A stretch of DNA of 60,032 nucleotides from Octopus bimaculoides (lineage: Eukaryota). The position numbers and the translations under genes are program-made. The DNA lies in contig NC_068991.1 of assembly GCF_001194135.2 (NCBI RefSeq), forward strand, positions 40,707,994 through 40,768,025. The letters run 5' to 3'. The notes below the pieces were generated by a model. It searched no databases and was not told the DNA's origin. It was given only the letters and a program-made list of their open reading frames with translations. This document shows positions 36,501 to 44,042 of the stretch, piece by piece. Each line of letters starts with the position of its first letter. Position 1 is the stretch's first letter.

Positions 36501-37627
36501 ACACACGTGGTGTCTTAATTCATCTACAAAAGTTTTCACTTCTCATGTGATGCATGAGATCTTTTGATGATTTTTACATATATAACATATCACATCAAGT
36601 AAGTTATGATGGGGAAGAAAAGTCTAATATTTTTGAGCACCTTTCATTAAGACAAGACTAATACCTCCGATTTCAGATAGCAAAATCTCAGAAAAATAGC
36701 AAAGGATATGCCTCTGGGCATTATCAGACTGTGCAAAACTGCAAATATTTCACTAAAATGTGGATATTATCCTTGTGTAGTTGGGCAGTTGTAAAATCAG
36801 CCATTTCCAGTATTTTCTGCGTTTTTCTCAAAATGACATTTCTGACTATGAGTAGCAATCTTTAGGTCACGATATCTCAGAATAATTGATGTAATAGGCT
36901 GAAATTTTGCATGTATTACTTTGATATTTGCCTAGTGTGATTAGATACACTTCATTTGTTCATTTTCCAGAGACACTTGACTGCTACTACCCAGGGGTCA
37001 AAATCGCTTGAACTGCGGCATATGGCTATGAGCGACCCCACAATGAAATCTAAGCTAACTTCATCAGTGTCTTTGATTTAGTATCTAGTCTACCCCAATC
37101 TGTTGGCATTCCAAGTTAAAGCATATTATATTTGATAGTTTAGTAGAAAAATTGACCTAAAATAAGGGTATGTTTGCCTTGTCGGTCATTTTGAATTTAT
37201 AATTAGGTCATGAATAGATATGAAAATTTGAATATTATGTTTTTTTGATAGAACTAACATTGTTCTTGATGTATGCCATATTTGGTTTGCCTGGGTTTTA
37301 TTCCCGCTGAGTGAGAGCATCTTCAATTTAGGAGTGTTTTCCTACATCTGAGGTGTTGGTCTTGCCTTAAAGAAATGACAAAGAACACTGCTGCAAATCT
37401 TAATTTCCCTCTACTTCACACTGCAACAAAATATTCCACTTTTTGTATTGTTTTTGTACTAATTTTATTGTTGTATACCGTTATTACAGAATCTTTGAAA
37501 TCTTGTAATTAGAACTGATTAAATATTTTGGCTTTTAATGTTAACTTAAAAATTGTCATTTCAGCAAGAACCTCAGCCTGAAAGAAAACCCTTGAGAACA
37601 AGAAATTTCACACAAACAAGTCTTTGA
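186..37627 (+). CDS. NUMA1: NuMA/Mud-like spindle coiled-coil protein, 5'-partial, 17 coding exons in window
   Basis: join(186-303,2559-2664,3033-3258,4825-4988,6415-6711,7544-10958,12576-12766,12993-13244,13761-13907,18210-18435,21851-21955,22962-23082,24510-24580,26723-26937,28677-28802,30144-30230,37565-37627). All introns GT-AG with matching phases; 5930 nt = 2 + 1976 codons including stop. Tail motifs match recalled human NuMA (TCQDEPEQLDDWNRIAELQQRNRVCPPHLKTCYPLE; RQSMAFSILNTPKK). Confidence 0.85.
345..815 (-). mobile_element. Retroposon 3' fragment with (AAT)n tail
   Basis: Composition distinct from the intron, bounded by (ATT)n runs; family not identified. Confidence 0.4.
818..1020 (+). 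mobile_element. tRNA-derived SINE, family A
   Basis: A-box-like TGGCAGAATC, B-box-like GAGTTCAAAT, body actttgcctttca...cactggggtcgatgtaat, (ATT)n tail; more than 15 copies in window. Confidence 0.85.
1596..1815 (+). mobile_element. SINE family A
   Basis: Same head and body as 818-1020. Confidence 0.8.
2559..2664 (+). CDS. NUMA1: NuMA-like exon B (VKSQHDELKSLKLEN...)
   Basis: ctttccag acceptor, gtaagt donor; phase 2 in, 0 out. Confidence 0.88.
3033..3258 (+). CDS. NUMA1: NuMA-like exon C (KSQLKVAQLDQ...)
   Basis: ctttcag acceptor, gtgatt donor; phase 0 in, 1 out; within ORF 2976-3281. Confidence 0.85.
3388..3990 (+). mobile_element. SINE family B split by a family A insertion (3527-3756)
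   Basis: Family B head ggttcagtcccactgc and tail cagtcaaatgactgaaac; 15-bp TSD agaaactgaaaaaag at 3512-3526 and 3757-3771. Confidence 0.85.
4361..4726 (-). mobile_element. SINE family B
   Basis: Reverse complement of 3388-3990 family B, near full length. Confidence 0.85.
4825..4988 (+). CDS. NUMA1: NuMA-like exon D (EKQPTGENMSVVTD...)
   Basis: long pyrimidine tract + cag, gtaaga donor; phase 1 in, 0 out. Confidence 0.88.
5661..5935 (+). mobile_element. SINE family B head with variant 3' part
   Basis: ggtgcaggtgtggttgtatgg...ggttcagtcccactgc...ggcaagtgtct. Confidence 0.7.
5938..6248 (-). mobile_element. tRNA-derived SINE, family C
   Basis: Minus-strand head gagttcgattcc, ccttgagcaagacac, and a core shared with 58357-58700. 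Confidence 0.75.
6415..6711 (+). CDS. NUMA1: NuMA-like exon E (SKLLKLHEES...LTNM)
   Basis: ttttag acceptor, gtaagt donor; 99 codons, phase 0/0. Confidence 0.88.
6895..7320 (+). mobile_element. Two adjacent family A SINE copies
   Basis: Bodies at about 6895-7095 and 7135-7320. Confidence 0.7.
7544..10958 (+). CDS. NUMA1: NuMA-like giant exon F (3415 nt, coiled coil)
   Basis: tttttgtag acceptor 51 nt upstream of and in frame with ORF 7595-10987; G|gtaacc donor, phase 1, matches next exon; E/K/Q/L-rich heptads. Confidence 0.92.
10984..11201. mobile_element. TTAA-flanked (piggyBac-type) MITE
   Basis: TIR ccctttagcatt...aat(g/a)ctaaaggg with TTAA ends; homologous copies at 32352-32564 and 51494-51723. 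Confidence 0.75.
11905..12095 (+). mobile_element. SINE family A
   Basis: Family A head, body and tail. Confidence 0.8.
12576..12766 (+). CDS. NUMA1: NuMA-like exon G (DSHSQELALSQ...SSK)
   Basis: phase 1 in, 0 out; gtaagt donor. Confidence 0.85.
12993..13244 (+). CDS. NUMA1: NuMA-like exon H (ENHGEEIKKL...ISAE)
   Basis: attag acceptor, 84 open codons, GAG|gtaatt donor. Confidence 0.85.
13761..13907 (+). CDS. NUMA1: NuMA-like exon I (VENIKEELKT...EVTK)
   Basis: ttctccag acceptor, AAG|gtagta donor; an alternative in-phase donor lies at 13899. Confidence 0.82.
14205..14390 (+). mobile_element. SINE family A
   Basis: Family A head and body. Confidence 0.8.
15984..17790 (-). mobile_element. 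Decayed RTE/BovB-like LINE 3' half, interrupted by a ~640-bp insert (16546-17187)
   Basis: RT motif REMLFADDAAL; VYKACVLSTLLYGS; C-terminal FKCSHC..CHS.VGLYSH zinc finger; (CTA)n tail. Confidence 0.85.
16738..16876. mobile_element. Small hAT-type MITE relic within the LINE insert
   Basis: Imperfect inverted ends cagccgctgccagg / cctggcagcaacactg. Confidence 0.4.
18210..18435 (+). CDS. NUMA1: NuMA-like exon J (LNEKYSESRF...FQET)
   Basis: tattttcag acceptor, gtatga donor; phase 0 in, 1 out. Confidence 0.85.
18463..19111. repeat. Long inverted repeat (arms 18463-18687 and 18856-19111), Penelope-type terminal repeat relic with hammerhead-like motifs
   Basis: Arms are clearly reverse complementary by eye; each carries CTGAAGA-stemII-GAAA closed by stem I. 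Confidence 0.75.
19017..19061 (+). ncRNA. Degenerate minimal type I hammerhead ribozyme motif
   Basis: Stem I TTTGAGC/GTTCAAA, core CTGAAGA, stem II GACAGA-TGA-TCTGTT, GAAA; the conserved U16.1 is C here, so probably inactive. Confidence 0.6.
19160..20860 (+). mobile_element. Head-to-tail stack of about 8 family A SINEs
   Basis: Heads near 19162, 19388, 19622, 19800, 20033, 20153, 20432, 20680, separated by (ATT)n/(GTA)n tails. Confidence 0.85.
21180..21612 (-). mobile_element. SINE family B with internal (TA)n
   Basis: Full-length reverse copy. Confidence 0.85.
21851..21955 (+). CDS. NUMA1: NuMA-like exon K (YKECKDLKRK...LNWA), end of coiled coil
   Basis: catttccag acceptor, gtaagt donor; phase 1/1. 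Confidence 0.85.
21990..22700 (-). mobile_element. Decayed Helitron-like coding fragment
   Basis: About 66-nt repeats encoding LSQEQxECILAQNAEQ-like units, then MDVRCHHCNAL resembling the Helitron zinc-finger motif; many stops. Confidence 0.55.
22962..23082 (+). CDS. NUMA1: NuMA-like exon L (NDSLESPASS...)
   Basis: ttttag acceptor; donor AG|gttggt chosen to give the phase 2 needed by exon M; weaker alternatives at 23031 and 23054. Confidence 0.65.
24195..24385 (-). mobile_element. SINE family B 5' half
   Basis: Reverse head gtgggactgaacc, agaagacacttgc. Confidence 0.75.
24510..24580 (+). CDS. NUMA1: NuMA-like exon M (SVYSTSSIKSVASNAS...)
   Basis: ctcttccag acceptor, gtaagt donor; Ser/Thr-rich, resembles recalled NuMA SSFYSTRSAPASQAS. 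Confidence 0.75.
25151..25560. mobile_element. Possible hAT transposon end
   Basis: taggcatgggtaaccttt resembles hAT termini; no partner end found. Confidence 0.3.
25845..25930. repeat. (TC)n microsatellite, about 43 units
   Basis: Pure dinucleotide run. Confidence 0.95.
25935..26075 (-). mobile_element. SINE family B 5' half
   Basis: Reverse family B head. Confidence 0.7.
26723..26937 (+). CDS. NUMA1: NuMA-like exon N: LGN/Pins-binding plus NLM motif and basic NLS
   Basis: GCGKMFACEDEPNTYDWSRLTEIKRRNTMVPAHLRSTYPAE...SKRKRKSP; tttcag acceptor, CAG|gtaaca donor. Confidence 0.92.
27564..28015. other. Assembly gap flanked by (TA)n
   Basis: N run; both flanks are TA microsatellite. Confidence 0.99.
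28385..28580 (+). mobile_element. SINE family A
   Basis: Diverged family A copy. Confidence 0.7.
28677..28802 (+). CDS. NUMA1: NuMA-like exon O (KRHVKSGVQ...TPRSDKRLRIKSP...)
   Basis: cttcag acceptor, GAG|gtgaga donor; 42 codons, basic with TP/SP sites. Confidence 0.78.
30144..30230 (+). CDS. NUMA1: NuMA-like exon P (YTGRPSMAFDISNTPKLARRRQKGRSTIL)
   Basis: ttttcag acceptor, gtaagt donor; matches recalled human RQSMAFSILNTPKK. Confidence 0.9.
31763..31935 (+). mobile_element. SINE family A (internally deleted)
   Basis: Family A head joined to B box and tail. Confidence 0.75.
32352..32564. mobile_element. TTAA MITE copy 2
   Basis: TTAActctttagcatt...aatgctaaaaggTTAA. Confidence 0.78.
35680..36350 (+). 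mobile_element. Internally deleted RTE derivative (pyrimidine-rich 5' part joined to the 3' end)
   Basis: 5' part loosely aligns with the reverse complement of 42600-42800; 3' part is the RTE terminus. Confidence 0.45.
36560..37270. mobile_element. Non-autonomous DNA transposon remnant, unclassified
   Basis: Motifs such as gatatctcag...ctgaaattttgcatg typical of such elements; ends not defined. Confidence 0.3.
37565..37627 (+). CDS. NUMA1: NuMA-like probable terminal exon Q (QEPQPERKPLRTRNFTQTSL*)
   Basis: catttcag acceptor, phase 0, TGA at 37625-37627, AT-rich UTR with AATAAA downstream. Confidence 0.68.
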   Translation, partial: QEPQPERKPLRTRNFTQTSL

Positions 37628-37903
37628 ATTGAGCATCTTTGAGTGTAATTGTTAATGTATCTTGGGCCATGCTTGTGTAATCTGAATCTGAAGTATACCA
37701 GGGAAATGTTAACACTGATGAATGAGTGAAAGTTAGCAAAGGTTTTTTTTGTTTGCTTTTTTGTCCCTGAATATTTATTTATCCAAATCTCTACCCTCTT
37801 TCACTATTTTTATTTTGTTCTATATATTTTAATATATATATTCTTTTACCTGAAGGTTTTTTTTCTAAATATTTTAATTTGTTTCTAAACTTTTTAAACT
37901 ATA

Positions 37904-37909
37904 AATAAA
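37904..37909 (+). terminator. Candidate polyadenylation signal of NuMA-like gene
   Basis: AATAAA about 280 nt after the stop; a second AATAAA at 38278-38283. Confidence 0.5.
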
Positions 37910-39264
37910 CTCAATTTGAATTTGGCTGTCTCTGGACAGCCTTTGAGTACATTGCCCTTTCTATGTGAACCAAAGGGTTTCTATGTGAACAAAAGGGTAG
38001 AAATCAGTAAGAACATGCATAAAAATAGAAACTGTCGAATACATAAACTCTTAATTTTGGACCAACAAAAATATATATTTTCTAGTGCATAACTTTTTCC
38101 CCAAAAAAAGATTCAACAAAAATCTACTCTAGAAAGCATTTTACATAGATAATTAACATTTTTTTACAATCATCTCTCAAACTGTGGCAGATTTTGTTTT
38201 CCATTTATCCCTGTTTGAAATAACTAAAGCTTGCTGATGCTTCTAGCCAAGAGGTTGAGAAGTTGGGTATTATGCATAATAAATCAGTGTATTGTGTGTC
38301 AAACTTCACAACTTGTTTTCCATAAAGCTGAAAGCTATTGGAATGTTAAATGAGTCATTCTTTCTGCGACATGAAAGTGATTTGAAAGTGTTTCCTATTT
38401 CATCATCATCATCATTGAATGTCCGTTTTCCATGCTAGCATGACTTACTATTTTTATCTGTCTTCCAAACATCCAGATTTTCATGTAAAACGTTTCGTAG
38501 CTGGATAAATTTTAATGGCAACAAATGTTTTGTTTCCACATTTTTAACTGTAAAAAGATATTTTGTACAATCAAGACAAATATTCCAAGTTAGTTATTCT
38601 CCTCAATCTGGGATCTTGAAATGTGTTAATATGAGTGAAAAAAATGTAAGATTGAAAGTGAAATGTGAAGAGGAAGAGAATTGAGCAATATTTGTGGCTA
38701 AATATATCCAATGTTAACTGAATCAAATACTGATTTCTAACATTGGCACAAGGCTACAAATTCTTTGGTCAGTTAAATTAATCTCCCATAACTAATTAGT
38801 ACTTGGATAAATGAGTGGACCTTGGTATTTAACTCTGAATATAAAGTATAACTAAATACTACAAGGATTCTGTAAATCAACCAACCTTTAATAGAATAAG
38901 AACTAAAATACATCTGCTTGACATTTAAACAGTACTCCAGAAAAAATGAAAAATTGCAATTATGAAATGGTTTTAATTTAAAGGAAAACATTAAAAAACT
39001 TAAAATCTTCATTGTTTTGATGTTTCATTTTTCCATTTTTTGAATGGCTTTTGAATTACAGCTCTATTTGGTGTATCTTCATCGAGTGACATCTTGCATA
39101 TAATGGTTAGTTTTTTTTTTTTTGAGATTTGATTTATTTCTTCTAAAGTAACTTTCGTGGTTATCTGCCCATTACAACTATGACATTATTTGTCCATTCA
39201 CATTATATAATTTTAACATACCAACTACTCTGCAGAAATGTCTGTATATGTCTTTGTATCTGTG

Positions 39265-39470
39265 TTTGTCCTATCACAGCTTGACAATGGTGTTGGTGTG
39301 TTTACGTCCTTGTAACTTAGCAGTTCAGCAAAAGAGGCTGATAGAATAAGTACTAGGCTTAAAAAAAATAAGTCCTGGGGTCGATTTGTTTGACTAAAAC
39401 CCCTCAGGGCTGTGCTCCAACATGGCCACAGTCAAATGACTGAAAACAGTAAAAGAATAAAAATATAAAA
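39265..39470 (+). mobile_element. SINE family B 3' half
   Basis: Ends cagtcaaatgactgaaaacagtaaaagaataaaa. Confidence 0.75.
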
Positions 39471-42400
39471 CCAGGATAGTTGAGCTGGTGAGGTTGCTTA
39501 GAAGATCATAGTAAAAATCTGTTTTATGTGAATCATTCACTTTTTCATGAGTACATCATCATCGTTGTTGTCTTCATTTAACGTCTGCTTTCCATGCTGG
39601 CATGGGTTGGACAGGTTGACTGACGACTGGCGAACCAGAAGGTTGCACCAGGCTCCAATCTGATCTAGCAAAGTTTCTATAGCTGGATGCCCTTCCTAAT
39701 GATGACCACTCCGAGAGTGTAGTGGGTGCTTTTACGTGCCACCGGCATGAGGGCCAGTCAGTGGTTCTGGCAAAGAACACGCTCAAAAGGTGTTTTTAAC
39801 GTGCTACCTGCACAAGAGCCAGTCCGCCGGCATTGGCAACGACCATGATTGAATGTTGTTTTTCATATGCCACTGGCACATATGCCGGTAAGATGACACT
39901 GGCAATGATCACGTTTGAATGGTGCTTTTTATGTGCCACCAGCATGAGAGCCAATCAGCGGCCCTGGCAATGATCACACTCAGATGTGCTTTTAACGTTC
40001 TACTGGCACAAGTGCCAATCAGGCGGTACTGTCATCGGCCACATCAGCAATTTTGATTTTGATTTCACTTGCTTCAACAGGTCTTCGCAAGCAAAGCTTA
40101 TTGTCCAATGAATGAAGGGTACTCATAAGTGGGCTAGTTACACCCACTGGCATAGGCCATGGATTATGATCTCACTTGGCTTGTCGGGTCTTCTCAAGCA
40201 CAGCATATCTCTAAAGGTCTCAGTCACTAGTCATTGCCTTGGTAAGGCCCAATGTTCGTAGGCCGTGCTTCACCACCTTATCCCAGGTTTTCCTAGGTCT
40301 ACTCTTCCACAGGTCCCCTCAACTGCTAGGGTGTGACACTTTTATACATAGCTGTCCTCATTCATTTGCAACACATGACCATACCAGCAAAGTCATCTCT
40401 CTTGCACACCACATCTGATGCTTCTTAAATCCAACTTTTCTCTCAGGGCACTTACACTCTGTCGAGTATGCACACTGACATTACACATCAAGCGGAGCAT
40501 ACTGGCTTCATTCCTTGCAAGTTTATGCATGTTCTCAGCAGTCACAGCCCATGTAGCATGGCTGTTCGTACACATGCGTCATACAGTCTACCTTTTGCTC
40601 TGAGTGAGATGCCCTTTGTCACCAACAGAGGTAGGAGCTCTCTGAAATTTGCCAAAGATATTCTTATTCTAGCAGCTACACTTTCAGAGCATCCACCCCC
40701 GCTACTGACTTGTTCCCCTAGGTAACAGAAGCTATCAACTACTTCTAGTTTTTCTCCCTGGAATGTGGCAGAAGTTGTTTTCTGCACATTTTCAGTGTTT
40801 ATTGCTCCTGAGCATCTGCCACATACAAAAACTATCTTCCCAGTTAGCTTTCCTTTGATATTGCTGCACTTCTTATGTGTCCATAGTTTACACTGGGTAC
40901 ATCTTATGGGGTTTCTACCTACACTTTTTCTACAGATCGAGCAGGGCCATCTACCTGAAGGGATTTGTGGTTTGTCTGCCTTCCTACTTATTAAGGCTTT
41001 GGTTTTAGCTAGGTTGACTCTAAGGCCCTTTGATTCTAATCCTTGCTTCCACACCTGAAGCTTTTCCTCTAGTTCTGATAGTGACTTGGCAATTAGAGCA
41101 ATGTCATCAGCATAGAGGAGCTCCCAGGGGCATCCTGTCTTGAATTCCTGTTATTGCCTGGAGGACTATGATGAATAAGAGGGGGCTGAGGACTGATTCT
41201 TGGTGGACCCCTACCCCTACCTGGAATTCTTCACTGTACTCGTTGCCAACCCTCACCTCACTGACAGCATCCTTGTACATGGCTTGCACAGCCCTCACTA
41301 ACCATTCATCAGATAATGACCTTCATTATCTGATCCAATAACTTGATACCTCTGTAATTATTTGTATCTAAAGCGTCACCTTTACCTTTGTAGCAGTTTC
41401 CTGTCTTCATACTCTTAATTGTTTTGTCTACCAAGGCACTGTCAATTTGGATAGCTGGTCCCTCTGTTGGATTGCCATTCGGCAGACTCTCTTTCTCCCA
41501 TTCATTCTCTTTATTTATTTAGTGGTGTCTCCACCCCTCTCTGTTTGCAGCCTTGTTTAATGCAAGTGAACTATCATCCATACGGACACATTTCTTTCCT
41601 ACGACCTCACAATTCTCTCTCACACACTGTCTTGCAACACGAAATACCCCAAGTCTTTAGTCCTCACGGAGTAGAACATTGGCAAATTCTTTCTTATCTG
41701 CTTCCCCTCTGGCTAAATAAACCTGTCTCCTAGCTTCCCTTCTGGCAGTCTGATACAATTCCCTGCTACCACCTTTCCCCCAGTCCTTCCAAGCCTGTTT
41801 CTTTTCTCTAATAGCCCTGTCAACAACATTGTTCCACCACCTCGTTACCTTGGGTTGAGAGGGGACTTTGCACCATCCACATATCTGATCAGTGGCCCTC
41901 AGCAGGTTGTCCCACATATGTGATGCTATATCCTCCTATTTCATCAAAAGCTTTGAGTAATACATTTCTAAATCTCTGTCCATTCGCAGAATCTTTAAGC
42001 TTCCAAACCCTTCTCCATGCTGGTCGTCTTCTGGGCATCCATTTAGCTCTGATCCTGAAGTTGGTAACTACTAGTCTATGTTGTGGGGTACATTCTTCAG
42101 CTGGGAAGGTTTTGGCATTTATAAGCAGCCATCTTTTCCTTTTTCTGGTGAGGATATAGTCAATTTGGCTAGTGTGTCTACCAGATCAGTAGGTGACTGG
42201 CAGGTTTCCTGAAGTTAGTATTGCAAACCATAAGATCATTTGCATCGCAGAACATCAGCAGCCTGGTTCCCTCCTCATTGCGGGAACCAAAACCATAGCC
42301 TCCATGTATGCCATGGAAGCCCCCTGCATGTTGTCCAACAAAGGCAATGTTCTTATTGGATGGCTGTTTTAGAAGTAGAAGAAAAAGCCCTGTCAACTAA

Positions 42401-42831
42401 GTACAACATGTAAAGCTAGAAGTGAAAGACATTTAGATAACTGCTATTGAGAACTCCTTCCCATGCACCTCAGCCTCATTCTGTGCACATCATACATATA
42501 CACAGAGACCATATCTTGACCTAAACTTTCACCACCCAATCCTCTCTCTCTGCACACCAGTCTTTTTTCCTCTTGGTGATGAGAAATCAGGGAATACTTT
42601 CAAGGTATAAGAAGGTGAATATAAGGGAAAAGTAGAACAGAGGACAGGACAGGTTGAGTGGGTAAGTTCACCAGAGTGTGAATGGAGAGTTGCTGGTTGA
42701 TAAAGATGGGGATAGGAGTGAATGCAGTGACTGGTGAGCATGGGTTGAGGCATAGTCAATGGTTACAATCAGTTCGGAATAAGGTAAAGGAAATAGGAGA
42801 GGCCAGGGAGGTAATATATGTGTGGGTGTAA

Positions 42832-43045
42832 GGCAGCAAGCTGGCAGAAATGTTAGCACACAGGGCAAAATGCTTAGCAGTATTTCATCTGTCTTTACGT
42901 TCTGAGTTCAAATTCCTCTGAGATCAACTTTGCCTTTCATCCTTTCAGGGTCAATAATTTAAGTACCAGTTGTGTACTGGGATCGATCTAATTGACTGCC
43001 CCCGTCTCCAAGAATTTCGGGCCTTGTGCCTAGAGTAGAAACGAA
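42832..43045 (+). mobile_element. SINE family A nested in the LINE 5' region
   Basis: Well-preserved copy; possible gtgtaag TSD. Confidence 0.85.
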
Positions 43046-43072
43046 TATGCGTGTAAGAGAGATGGTCAGGTG

Positions 43073-44042
43073 TGTAGCGTACTTCTCTTTCTTTCTCTGT
43101 TATATATACATAAGTACGAACGTAGTGGATAACAGCTAGCCTTCGGCCGCACCTTTGGACCCTGTTATGTCCACTACTCTAATTGGTTGGTATTGGCGCA
43201 ATTTGTTTCCTGCTCTATTGCGCGCCAAGATGCAACCCAACCAATCGCAGCCTTCAGATAGGTCACGTGAGACAGTATTTTCTAAACTTCCAGTGAGCCA
43301 ACACCATGATATAAATTGCTAGCTTTATGCTGTCTAGAACGTCTTCTGGCTCCAGACCTTCTGAGGTCTAGCCATTGACTACAGAGCACACAGCCAGTTC
43401 CAGCGATGACATCACAGCAGCCACATGAAGACTCAACACTCAACCAACAGCATACGGGAATCTCCATCTTCGTCGCCTTCATCTACTTAACGTCGTCAAC
43501 AACTTGCTACATACGCAGCAACCAGCAGCACTCGCACAGGTTCTATCTCCACACTGTTTGTGAAACAGCAAGTACAACCTCCTGTAGCAACAGCATTGTA
43601 GCCACAACTTCTTATGTGACAGTACCTCTCCCCAGCTCTGCATTGCCACCTCAACTTCTTGATACAATACCTCAACTACTGTGTACCTTGACTACGAACT
43701 GGTATTTACTATCCTTGTGTCTGGACTTTCTTCTATCCTCATATTATAGACTCTTTCTATGCTCTGAACTTATCGCACACGCATACGTCCATGTTTGTAT
43801 ACACGTACACTTTGTTTACATGACAGCCTGTCTATTATTATGTTTATATGTCGCACTCACGCAGACACACAAGTTAACATATCAATAAAATCTTCTCTTA
43901 ACCCTTCTACCGGTTGTGTCTTTTCCTTCTCCTTCTGGCACTTATACTCATTTATCCTCTTTTCATATTTTTATTTGTATTGACCGTGTAATGTACTAAA
44001 GGAGCCTTTCCTCATCACCTCTCCTGTCGCACAGTCATTACA
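43073..44042 (+). mobile_element. Solo LTR, 970 bp, probably Ty3/Gypsy-type
   Basis: TGTA...TACA termini, 4-bp TSD GGTG (43069-72 and 44043-46), CCAAT boxes, E-box, TATAAA 43310, AATAAA 43884; purine-rich LINE sequence resumes on both sides. Confidence 0.8.

Noticed and set aside
37714-37735. CTGATGA...GAAA in the NuMA-like 3' UTR
   Set aside because: Stem II is too short and there is no stem I or III.
43406-43888. 160-aa ORF inside the LTR
   Set aside because: No recognisable domain; CA-rich low-complexity LTR sequence.
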